DNA from: Octopus bimaculoides
Taxonomy: Eukaryota
Direction: 5' to 3'
DNA: 63,878 bases
NCBI RefSeq assembly: GCF_001194135.2
Contig: NC_068984.1
Span: 62,490,495-62,554,372, forward strand
Shown here: piece after piece, positions 1-12,541 of the stretch
Position numbering within the stretch: position 1 is the stretch's first letter
Layout: the number at the start of each line of letters is the position of its first letter
Program-made: the position numbers and the translations under genes
Notes under the pieces: model-generated
Told to the model about the DNA's origin: nothing
Databases searched by the model: none
The model's input: the letters and a program-made list of their open reading frames with translations, nothing else

Positions 1-154
1 TATATATATATATATATATATATGATAAAATATGAGAAATAAATCTCATTAAGGGATCATAAATCCAATGAAAATGCTGTTTAGTTACCAGTCTATAGAA
101 AGTTCAACTATAAGATAACCATATAAACTGCAGTTCGTGCATTTATATATTTAA

Positions 155-1443
155 AAAATAAAGAGAAAATAGAGAGGTAATTAATAAAATTATTTATCAA
201 TTATAAAATATGACAACATCTCTGACAGCTGTTTCGATTCAGAAATCTTGAGATAATTTATAAAATTTAAATCATTATTATAGTTGACGAAATAAGGAAC
301 CTGTCCAGAGTATTGGATTAGCAAAGCTGTAAGCCCGTTGGACACAAACAAATTTGTTTACTGTTTGCGTACCCAGAAGGTAGTAAAGATATACCGATTA
401 GAAATACCAGAGGTAGTAAAGACATACCAATTAGAAATACATGTTGAGATAACGGCTATAAACCATTTACTGATAGCATGTATACAAAAAGAGCCGGTTA
501 TATAAGGCCTTAATCCAACATAGGGGAGAGGGTAGTGTATATCTTGTGTCTTAAAGAATGAAAGGAAGAGATTATTATAATGTCAACGGGTATTGAAAAG
601 GAGAAAAAGAAAAAGGAAAAAAAAAGGAAGCAGAAAAAAAACATGTATATATAAGCATATAATAATGCCATGTAATGTGATGCTTATCTATAATACAGCA
701 ATACAGAAAATTTAAAGTCATACAATCTAAGTCAAGTAGAAGCAAACTGGTAATTATGTATTAACCGAAGTTATCAGAAAGGGATAAATAATTTGTAAAT
801 ATAATAATAATAGCATATTGTTTATGTTTATAATAATAACGAAATAAATTTTAATTTAAATAAATAGATAAATTGCAAGTCCAGAATAATATGGATAGAG
901 AAAAAATATCAAAATACATAATGTATCGATACATCCCTTAAGAACATTTATTTCAAGCCTCTAAGGTTAAAAAAAAAACAAAAACGATAATAATAAACTA
1001 TTAGATAGGAAAAAATTTTCAAACTTTCAAAATTTCCAGACATACATCGTTCCGTTAGAGAAACCGGAAGTAAATATGCTATGAAACATGCTTAAGGAGA
1101 TAAAGGAATTATTAAGAAAATAAACATTAAGTAAGAGGAAATACTTATATATAAATAAATTGAAAATAAAATAAAATAAATTACAATGAATTATGTAAAA
1201 TGTCTTCATGCATAGCAGGGATGTAAGGAAAAATATAAAGACAGCAAATTCGGTATATACTTCCGGTTTTTCTAACGGAACGCCGTACGTAGGGGATTTT
1301 TAAATTATTATTTTTTCCTATCTAAGAGTTTATTATTATTGTTTTTTTACCTTAAAGTCTTGAAATAAATTTTTTAAAGGACGTATGAATATATTATGGA
1401 TTTTGATATTTTTTTTCTCTATCCATACTATTCTGGACTTGCT

Positions 1444-1476
<33 letters not shown>

Positions 1477-2002
1477 ATCAAATTTTATTTCATTATTATC
1501 ATAAACATAAACATATATAATTGCCACTGTTTGCTTCTACTTAACTTAATTTTTATAACTTTAAATTATGTGTATTGTAGTATTATAGAGAAGTATGATA
1601 TTACGACATCGTTATATATTTATATATACATGCATTTTCTGCTTCCTTTTCTCTTTTTTTCATTTTCTCCGTCTGATTACCCTTTGATATTATATTAATC
1701 TCTTTTCTTTCTTTAAGACACAAAATATACACTATCCTCTCCCCCTATGTTCGTTCGAGACGTTCTATAAGTGGCTCTTTTTGTATATATGCTATTTGTA
1801 AACGGTTTATAGCCGTTATCTCAGCATGTATTTCTAATCGGTATGTCTTTACTACCCGTGAAGAGTTTCATCTTATAATGATTTTACTCTTACAACTTAA
1901 TTATCTAAAGATTTCTGAAACGAAACAGCTGTCAGAGATGTTGTCATATTTTATAATTAATAAATAATTTTATTAATTGCCTCTCCATTTTCTCTTTATT
2001 CT
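155..2002. repeat. Long imperfect inverted repeat (arms ~155-1072 and ~1258-2002, spacer ~185 bp), probably PLE UTR/pseudo-LTR sequence
   Basis: CGTTCCGTTAGAGAAACCGGAAGTA (~1048-1072) is the near reverse complement of TACTTCCGGTTTTTCTAACGGAACG (~1258-1282). GACAGCTGTTTC (224-235) mirrors GAAACAGCTGTC (1922-1933). Homology can be followed along both arms. The PLE origin is inferred. Confidence 0.9.
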
Positions 2003-2003
2003 T

Positions 2004-2034
<31 letters not shown>

Positions 2035-3624
2035 ATATATATAAAGCTGATATATATATATATTTATATATATATATATGTATGTATGTATGTGTGTGTA
2101 TATATATGTATGTATGTATCTATGTACGTATGTACTTACGTTTGCACGGCTCTACGTATGTGTGTGTGCATGTGCGTGTGTGTTTGTATGTGTGTCTGTG
2201 TCTGTGTGTCTCTGTGTGTAGATGTATATGTCTATACTTACATATTTACGTCCAGAAGCATCAAGCGTTCTTCATAGATTTATGACAAACGTCTCTTCAA
2301 ATTTACACCTATAATTTTTGCAGATTGATGGATTACGTTGTATTAAGTCGTTTTTTCTATTTGGAATTTAAGCATCTTAGTGAAGAAGATGAATCGCATG
2401 AAACAAGAATGGGCTTCTAAGCTTCATGTCACACAGCCACGTCTGCGCCTTTGTATGTGTGTGGGTGTGTGTGCGTGTGTGTATACATTATATACATATG
2501 CACAAATATATATATAAACACACATATGCACACACTTGACTCACTCGTCACGTGTTCTTGGCTCAGCTAGCCGCCATGTGCAAGACAATCATCCTAACAT
2601 ATATTTCGTAGCCAAGGATCTTACAGTTATACAAATAGAGTTGGACTCATTTATAACTGAAGTAATTTGCATAATTTAAACAAAAGTGAGATCGTATGGA
2701 CAACTTAGAATTGACAATGGCATGTAGATGAACAACATTGACAAATAGAGATATATCAAACACCATGCAATATAAATCCTTGATTATTAAAATTACCTCC
2801 GCCTCTTGAATATTTGTCATAATTCCCAAACTGTAATCAAGACTAGCTCCATATCAGAAGGGAATCTCCAGAATGAAGTATTCTCCAAAATTTGCTTTCC
2901 ATTACAGGCAAAGATAGCTTATTGTCTGGAGATAAGAGAACAGTTGTGATCAAGTGTTTCTGGTTAGAAACACCTTCAACGGCAATCGTATAAACTTATC
3001 TCTAGTAGTGAAAGGACTTAGACTAATACAAGAAAGATTAAACACGCACACGCGTGCGCACACACGCATACACACAAACACACATGCATATACATCTCTT
3101 TCTTTCCCTCTCTCTATGTATGTATAAACAAACATATATGTATACATATATATTTATACACACATGATTTATATATGTTTGGATTGTAAGATAAATATTG
3201 CATATATATATATAGTATATACATGATAATAATATTAGGGATAAAAATCCAAATTTACAGGTATAAACTCAAATTTATTTAATTTATCAAAATTAAAATT
3301 AAATTAAGTTTCACAACATATAAATATATAAATATAGTATATATATCTATATTTATACACACACATACACACATATATAAATAGTATATATATAGTATAT
3401 ATATATATATATATGTTTTATATATATATATATATAGTATATATATATATATATATATANNNNNNNNNNNNNNNNNNNNNNNNNNNNNNNNNNNNNNNNN
3501 NNNNNNNNNNNNNNNNNNNNNNNNNNNNNNNNNNNNNNNNNNNNNNNNNNNNNNNNNNNNNNNNNNNNNNNNNNNNNNNNNNNNNNNNNNNNNNNNNNNN
3601 NNNNNNNNNNNNNNNNNNNNNNNN

Positions 3625-3694
<70 letters not shown>

Positions 3695-3793
3695 GTAGGG
3701 GCTGCTCCAGATCACACTTTACGTTGAATTGTGCGTTGTCGATATAATCTAGGGTGTCTGAGAAGTTTTAAATCCCTTTGGTGTTTTATAATC

Positions 3794-4139
3794 AAATGAA
3801 TAATAACAGACGATGGATAATTGTCAGCGCATTACAGCTGTTTCTTACGCATCTTTTTAATCGAAGAATGAGAAGACAACTACATTACAAAAATCCTAAT
3901 CATCAGATGAAACGTAAGTTTAGAAACGAAAGCATATCCCAAGAATACAGTAGGGACGGGGCTGAAGTTTGTCGAGACTAACTATTTATTCTTGGGATAA
4001 TCTATTGTTTGTAAAATTACGTTTCATCTGATGATTACAGTTTTTGTAATGAAGTAATGTTCTCATTCTTCTATTTAAAAATACGTAATAAACAGCTGTT
4101 ATGAGCTGACAATTATCCATCATCTGTTATTTTTCATTT
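3794..4139. repeat. Foldback/hairpin repeat, ~154 bp arms, 39 bp spacer
   Basis: Arm 3794-3947 (AAATGAATAATAACAGACGATGGATAATTGTCAGC...ATCCCAAGAATA) is the reverse complement of 3987-4139 (TATTCTTGGGAT...GCTGACAATTATCCATCATCTGTTATTTTTCATTT). Confidence 0.9.
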
Positions 4140-7100
4140 GATTACGCATCTGTGTGTGTTTGTGTGGGTGTGTGTGTGCGTATATGTGTGTGTGCGTGAA
4201 TATATGTGTATGTGTGAGTGTCTGTCTGTATGTGTATGTGTATAGATAAGCGGGTGCATGGTCGCATGCTTCTGTGTATATTTGCGCATGCATAAATGGA
4301 TGCAGGTTTTCATGTATTGTTGAAAAGTCTAGTTCACGACTACGCGTTTTATGCGGGTCTAAGTTTGATCACATTAAGTGACTGCTTCGACAAGTGGTTA
4401 TTACTACAGCTTCATCTTGAGTTGCCTAATGCTTTGTGAATGGAATCTCGTCGATGAATACATCGGAGAATACAGTTGTGTATAAATACATACCCGATTT
4501 GCACTCATCGTAAATGCTGTGACTCAGAGATTAGCCTTTTGATAATACAGAAGGGGCTATTAAAATATATTTAATTCTATTAAAATACATATAAATATAA
4601 AACAAATACATATTTCAATTTAGTGAAATCTGATTAGTGACGCTGTATTCAGTTAACTAATGCGCTAATTATGATTTCTCTTACAAAATCAATGTTGCAT
4701 AGACTAGTGGGTAGTGTATTTTTATCACAATCGAAAGAGCGAAGGTTCGCCTCTCGGAGTGAGTGGTGCGTTGTATTCTTGAGAAAATCGCTTATTTCCC
4801 GCTGCTCTGCAATCACTTCTCGATATCTACCGTGTGGCACACAGTGTACCTGATAGACGGAGTGAGCTAATGTACAGTACAAACATTTGTTCACTCTAAG
4901 CAAATCATGTGCTACTTGCTTAGTACGAAATTTCAGAACCATATTTCTCAGATTGTGACACTATCATTAAAACAGACACAAGGCTGGTGGTTGGGATTTC
5001 TCAACTAAGTTGAACTCAGAAAGATTTGAACTAGATCTAGAACAAACACTCTGTTGCATTTCCTTTGAGACTCTAACGATTTTGCTAGTTCACAAACTTA
5101 AGTTTTCTTATGCATAAAATCTCGGCAAAATTGTTTGCTTCTCCTTTTATGCGTCGAAGATAGAAACATTAAATTAAACGGTCAGTGAAAGTAGTCTAGC
5201 AGTAAGTTAATAGATCAGTTGAACATAACTTCCTATTATGAAGATTTTATTTCTCCAAAATATAAACATACTTCTACTAGCGTGCAGTAACGACGTAGTG
5301 TAAATTTATATTTTCCCTAGAGAAATGAGTATATTATTTAGTTTTACTTCTCAATTGATCGACTCAAGCTTATGTTGATAATGTCTACTCTAAATAGATC
5401 AATATCATACAAGTTATTTTACTCTGTATAGAAATTTTATATATATAAAAAAAGAGCCGGAAATATACAATAGATTTTTGTCTGCCTTAGTGTATGTATC
5501 ACAAAAGCTGAACGTAATTTCGCTTCACTAGTGTTCGTGGTCCAACTTTCATAGACGATTTAAAAAAGTTCAGTTCAACAAAAGTGCTAGTATATTTGCG
5601 AAATTCATGGAAATATCATATTCTCAACGCATGCGTAGTGTTGCAATATTTTCTAATCATTTTAACTAAGTTTGAGATTGTATATAATGTAAAATTCTGG
5701 ATAAATCCTGTGGATAGAAGATAGGTACTGATTTTGTTATGAATACCAAACCAGAATAGAAACCTTTGAAATGATACCTAAATTTTTTTTTACATACGAA
5801 GAAATAAAAGTTTGAGGAGTAGGCACTTCCATAAGTATTTCACAATGGGCCTAAAATTTTAGGCTTATTTAAAATTAGTGAAAGTGCAATGTTATGCACT
5901 GGGAATGTAGTAAGTAAACCTTGTTAATACATGCAACATTATAAAAGTTATATTAACTGCTTTAACTTAGTCCTACTTTTGTGTACTCTTTTAATGGAGC
6001 ATACAAACTAGGACGGTATATTTTCTAAATAAACTCCTACATTTGCCGTCAACAGATTGATATTATTTTTGTGATGAAATTTTAAAGTGATTAGAAGCTA
6101 GGTAGATCAATACTGGATTATTTTGCCTATAGAGAGATAAAATGTGTTATACAATTAGTTTCTTGGGCTACAGCAAGTCTATCATGATATGATTACTGAA
6201 AAATGAAGGTTTACTTTGTTTATCAGAATATCAAAGCAAAAGGCGTACTTCACTATGAATACATTTTATTAATCGACGTTGTCAGCGAAGGCACTTATAT
6301 CTAAATTAGATTAAGTAGTTTAACTCTGAAGTTCCCTGCGGAATTATGAGATTCTGAGTATGATTTCACTGAATATACGTTTCACCATCGTTGCAGTTCA
6401 GCTAAGACTTGTGAGTGGAATTCGATTGATAGAAACCGTAGGAAAACCCATCGGGTAGATTGTACCAGTAATTCATAAGTGAGAGACTGATCCTATTACG
6501 TTAAACATAAAAGTATTCGTGAAATATTCGACTGTTTACACACTAATTCGTTGAGTAGTAAGCTCCCTAGTTTGAACAACTGAAATCTCATCTGTGAAAA
6601 ACGATGTATATCCTTAGTTTGTATGCAACATAACCCTTTATGACCTATTTATCAAACCACCGGCGGAACTTCTATGCGGTTGCTCATCCAACTATTGTGT
6701 GCGGCATATACATTTACTCATTATTTGAATATTATTAAATTATGCACTTCAGTTGTGAAAAGATTAAGCGTTCTAAAGATTGAAGCGAAGGCTATTTTGA
6801 ATTGTGAATATATGTAAAATATTGCCAATAAATACAACAATCAACATGCGATCTTAAATTAACCGACATCTAAAACTATCTTTTTTATTATAAAATGAAT
6901 AATGAATGGATATTTATGCCGCACCCTGTTAATATAGTAGCCAATCTCCTTGAAATTACACCTAGTGTCCCAAAAGAGGTAAAGGATACATTTCGTTAAT
7001 TCTAATCGTAGATATCGCTAATACGATGATAGACATTGCAACAAAAAGAACCCCATAAGGGCTGACATGGGTTAAACAGCAACATTTAAGATAGGTATTT

Positions 7101-8174
7101 TTTCTGATAACTTTACTAACAAGACTTGAAGCGGATACATTTGGTCCCACTTTTCTGCACACAGAATAACACCAATGATATAACGAAATCTTATACTTTT
7201 CGCAACTAAATCAAAGTCGAATGTTTGTTTAAAGAAGTACAGTTTACATTTCCGATTACTCAAATATTGTGTAGTGTACTGTGAGTTAATTAATCTAGAT
7301 TGCTAACTCTTGCATTGTTGTGCAAAAGGACTGACCGATTCAACCTACTCCTCTTTTGGAAACACAATAAATAGCTATAAGCTACAAATTTCTCAATGGA
7401 AAGAAGATGGTTATTCATTTTCAGATGAATGTCTGAGAAGACAAGAAACTGGTCAGAAAAAATGCATTGTTTTCTCTTCCCTGTGAAAGAACAGTTATGA
7501 TATAATAAGTTTGCCTTCTTTACACTATGATGCTAAAGTTTTACGCATACAAATACGTGTCGTATTGCAAACAAGTGGAATTTTCAAAATATTTATTAGA
7601 TATCATCTGCTACATTTTAAGTATCTACCAGTTTCTGAATGTGTATATGTATTCATGCGTAAGTATATCTATTCGTCCATACATACATGCATGTATGCAT
7701 TTATGTACAGATATACAAGTCTACACACATGAACTCATGCATATATGCATACACAGATTTATACATTTATGCAAACATGCATACACTCAGGTATACATGC
7801 ATACAAACATACATCTACAATTACATAGAAATATAAATACAAACATACATACATATACATTTACAAAGAGGTTAAATGTAGTTTACCCAGAGGGAAAGAA
7901 ATGAGAGATATAAAGAAGAAAGAAACACATTATATAAGAAACACATTATTGACAGAAATATAGATGTATGTATTTGTAAAATATATGTATTTGGCAAGCA
8001 ACTTTGGATTTGAAGTAAAATCTCGGTCACGATTTTCGATTGTAACAATTATTGCTTCAGGTGATTTTTTTGTTCTTTTTCTCCTCAAATGTATAAGGTC
8101 GATATTTCGTTGCTCTAGATAAGATGAATCGTAGATAGCGAAGTTACATTTGTCATATATATGTATATATATGC

Positions 8175-8239
<65 letters not shown>

Positions 8240-8284
8240 AGTAAATTGACTTGGGTGTTAGGAACACATACATTGAGAAAGGTC

Positions 8285-8778
8285 TAATGCTGTAGTGAAC
8301 GCACATAAATGTTAACATATACACTAACTGGGACCTTAATCGTCCGAAAGATGCCGATCGAGAATTCCTAATACTGACGTCATTTTCAGCAATTACCGTT
8401 GCTTCATGAGTTAAGATTTGTTCGAAATTCAGCTCTTTACGGACTTGCTACACTATTAGTATATATAAGCTTTCGTCACTTTTAGTGACAATTATAATTC
8501 GCCTTATTTGTGAAACGTTGCAAACTGTTTATGTTAATTTTATGTATACATATTAGCGAGTCGCTACACTATCTATTAATTTAGATGACAAAAACACATA
8601 TACTAATAGCGAAACAAATCTGAAAAGCGCCGAACTTTCGAGCCAGTCTTAACTGATAAAGCAACGGAAATTGCTGAAATTGATATCAATATTAAGAATT
8701 CGCGATCGACATTATTTGGAAGATTAAGGTCTCTGTTAGTGTATATGCTTGCATTTATGCGCGTTGACTGCAGCATTA
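8285..8778. mobile_element. MITE-like foldback element (~495 bp, arms ~200 bp)
   Basis: Termini TAATGCTG...CAGCATTA. Internal arms align, e.g. CATATACACTAACTGGGACCTTAAT vs ATTAAGGTCTCTGTTAGTGTATATG. Non-coding. Confidence 0.7.
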
Positions 8779-8918
8779 AAGTATTTAGCTGTTATTTCTA
8801 GCAATGTAGGTGTTTCTAACACCCTAATCTAATTTAGTGACAATTATAAATCTCACTTTTGGTGAAACATTGCAAACTGCGGTTGATATTAATTATATAT
8901 ACATATATACATACATAC

Positions 8919-8985
<67 letters not shown>

Positions 8986-9264
8986 CATATACACTGTTAT
9001 ATTGAAACCCTCCCCCCAAAAAAACTTCAACTGTTACAAAACGTTTCAAGAAAACCGTTACGTCGTTACGTGAAACTCTGATTCAGTTTCTGCAGTTCTA
9101 ATCGGATTCAATAAAACAACATTTAACTCTACCTTTGGTATCTGAGTACAGTTTTTCCCCACCTTGTGTTGTACGTGTTGGACACTCTAGCCGATAACTG
9201 GTAAGGATTTGGTGACCTTCTGTGTCTGTTCTCCGATTGTGTGTGCATTTATATGTTTTTTAAC

Positions 9265-9308
<44 letters not shown>

Positions 9309-9465
9309 GTGTGTGTGTGTGTATGAACATATATATATACATATATATATAATTTTGGGACTGCCATGTTGGCTTGGCGATAACTATTAATTNNNNNNNN
9401 NNTAACTATTAATTTCCAGTACCGCTGCCGTAGTCTCCTTTAGAGAGACTTAGAAATATTAATAA

Positions 9466-9499
<34 letters not shown>

Positions 9500-9699
9500 C
9501 TGTATATCAAAATAAGCAACAAGGATATCCAAAGTTAATGCAGTGCGATCGTTTTATGCGACTCCATTTATTTAAGCAATGTGAACATTACACTAAATGT
9601 AAAATACAGAGCAATCCTCAGATGCACAAAGATATAGAAATTTGCTGAAATTTTATTTCAACAGAAGGACATATCTTTATAACTACATTTAAACTCTCC

Positions 9700-11116
9700 A
9701 AGTAGAAAGGAAGAACACAAAAAAAATAATAAAATAAAAATATTTTGACTTAGCCAGACCATACAGGCTAGTAATTAATTCTAAGCAAATTTTTAACTGT
9801 CACTGATTTTATTTGCTTTTTTTTTGTTTCTGATTTATGGATCATCTTATCACACTTAGTAATTCAAAGCTTAAGAGGGCACTAGGATTTTCTTTGTAGG
9901 GAAATGGAAAGGGGTAAACAATATAGACATTAAACATGGATGATATTGTTATAAAATTTCTTTGGGTTTAGTGACAAACTACTATAGGTGGGGGGTTTCC
10001 TACTAGCAGACCAGTTTATAATGGAGCAGGGGAAGTTTTAACATAAGGCACCTAGGTCAAAAGTATATAAAATGAAGTTGCTATATTGTGTACAGATACA
10101 GTAAATGTTTATTTATAGTTTTCATTAATCAGAATAATGTATCCGTATTGTTTTACATATGCTAAGTTTGAAATACTTGAGAAATACCAATATTTGCTTA
10201 ATTAATATGTGAATAAATAAAAGTTAATTACAAATTAATAATGAAATAAAAAGAAATAGTGTATAGTAATATAAATAATCAATTAATGCTGTATGCAAAA
10301 ACCATGAAGTGGTATTAATTGAAAATGCTATGGTAAAGTACATTTATACTTATTTACACCAACATAAAGAACCATAGATAAGATGGGAAATTAAAATTTG
10401 TTCATATATAACTGGACTAAAATTTTAAAATTAAACTTATATATCTAATATCATTTAAAGACACATAAGAGATAAAATTTATTATATAACTAATATAAAG
10501 AATTGATACATAGGATTTACATGGTTTATAATGATGAACTCATCAAAGTTTAAGAAACTGGTAAAATGAATGATTGGAATTAACATGGAATATAATGGTG
10601 AACTAAACTATTAATAGAGAACATGATAATTATGCACTAATTTAATTAGATCGTACTATCTTAAATTATCAGGAACTTGTGTTAACTAACATGGGCTAAG
10701 TATAAAATAATAATGGAACAAGGATTAGATTTATTTAAGTCACCCATAAAATAACAATAATGATACTACAACAACAATGGAATAACATGAATCCTTTAAG
10801 TCAGGCATCAAATGAAATTTTAAAAGTTTTAAAAACTATTTGAAACTATTAATAAATTTCAAAACATCCTATTCATTAAAGTTAAGTAAGATACACACTA
10901 AACTAACAGCAATAGCAAAAGTGATATGAAAAAAAATTAAGTAAAACCATATACCATTCATGGATAAAGTTAAAATTTTAGTTTTTAAAGGAGGATTATA
11001 CATTAAGATGAGATATCAAAAATATGGTATAAAAGTTCAATTTCAATTTAAATATGTACTAATTATAGTTTAAGATAAACATGGTAGATATTCAAATACC
11101 ACACCATATAAGTTTG
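9700..11116 (-). mobile_element. Probable 3' UTR/pseudo-LTR of the PLE above
   Basis: Long non-coding tract, T-rich on the minus strand, directly after the endonuclease stop. The distal boundary is uncertain. Confidence 0.45.
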
Positions 11117-12359
11117 CTACTTTTTAAAACATTTGAAAGTGCGAGTGGAACAGTGTACACACAATACTCTAAGGTCTAATTTGTTATTAATCAGGTTAGC
11201 ATTGCTTCTGAGTTTAGAAATTTCATATGTTTCCATGGAACATAGTTCACATCCATATCTGCTATTTCTATAAGGTTAAGATTTTCTTATAATTTCCCAT
11301 TTAAGGCTAAAACTGGTAGACTTTCCTTTAATTTCCAAATTTTATTTGATAACGACGTACAATCAGCCGTATGTTTAAATCTAAAAGATGACAAGTGGTT
11401 ATATATACACTGTTTCAAATTAATCGTACATCCAAAGTAAATATAATTATCAGTTATAGTACTTATTGTGCATTTATATACTACGTTTCTTGTGAGTCAT
11501 CGGCCTAATAATGGACAATGTGACTTATTTCTACAATTGCAACTAGTGGAACCATCAACAACACCAATATTATTACTAAGATTTAAATTATTGTTACAAT
11601 TATTCGCATTGATATTATTTCCCCTATTATCAATTCTGTTATCAGGCTTATTATGATCACTTCTGTTACTATCTAACTCTATTTCCATCGTGCTATCAGA
11701 TAGAATCATTCCCGCAGCATCAGGCATACTGATATTTTCTATTTCCATATATGAACTAGACCCATAATCCACATTATTATCATTAGAGGTGCTACTACTA
11801 TTTATTTCAATTGTACTTCCAGCATCAATACCACTATATTCATTATGTTTGTTTAAGTTATGGTTGACAGAACTAAGGATATTGCTGTTACCTTCATAAT
11901 TGCTATTGTTATTGTTATTTCCACTTCCATTTCCATAATTATTGGTAATGCTATTATTGTCATTGTTATGTTCTTTCTATTTAACCTAGCTATGATTGTA
12001 TCTATATTAGATGTTGAGTATGAGATTTGGACAGTATTACATGAAAAGATTCTACTATATCTGTGTGAAGAAGGGAAATTTTCTTGTAAAATAGCTATAA
12101 ATTTTTGCATTTATTCGTGGATATTGCACAGTTGAAAGGGGATATTGGATCAGGCAGGATTTATTGTGTGAGTGAGTACAGGATACCTTTTGATTACCAT
12201 TATTCTCTTGGACAATATTATGATTTATAGTTTTGCATATATTTTTTGTGGAATCCCTATTATTTTGTAGAGTAACTATATCATTTACTTTGCCATTTCT
12301 TTTATCTAACCTAGGTTTTTTGCTAGTATTAGTATGTAGTTTCATATAAAAATATACTC

Positions 12360-12434
<75 letters not shown>

Positions 12435-12541
12435 TTAAAATATCAGGTATGTAGGATAGTTTTTTCATTTAGTATTTCATCACCACTGATTAAGTTAGTA
12501 GACTTACTATTACTAACATCATTATTAATTTCTCTATCAAA
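11117..12541 (-). mobile_element. Decayed Penelope-like element: RT thumb/linker plus C-terminal GIY-YIG endonuclease (CxC...CPLxGxC type)
   Basis: Reconstructed across frameshifts: KLSYIPD...QYP(P)FNCAISTN..KFIAILQENFPSSHRYSRIFSCNTVQISYS...CNCRNKSHCPLLGR*LTRNVVYKCTI...YIYFGCTINLKQCIYNHLSSFR...SLSNKIWKLK...KWEII...PY...CELCSME...LINNK...CVH. These match PLE thumb and endonuclease motifs. The 5' part runs into the gap at 12542. Confidence 0.9.
12361..12432. repeat. (ATT)n microsatellite, read as poly-Asn in the PLE frame
   Basis: Perfect trinucleotide run. Confidence 0.95.

Noticed and set aside
45-80. Hammerhead-like CTCATTAAG-GGAT(CATAA)ATCC-AAT-GAAA (similar at ~9825-9850 minus)
   Set aside because: The core is too degenerate and no stem I is found; at most a fossil.
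4640-4960. GC-richer block with overlapping ORFs
   Set aside because: No recognisable domain, splice pattern or repeat termini.
11497-12468. Asn-rich ORFs as a host low-complexity protein
   Set aside because: They sit between PLE thumb and GIY-YIG motifs, in frame-shifted continuity with them.
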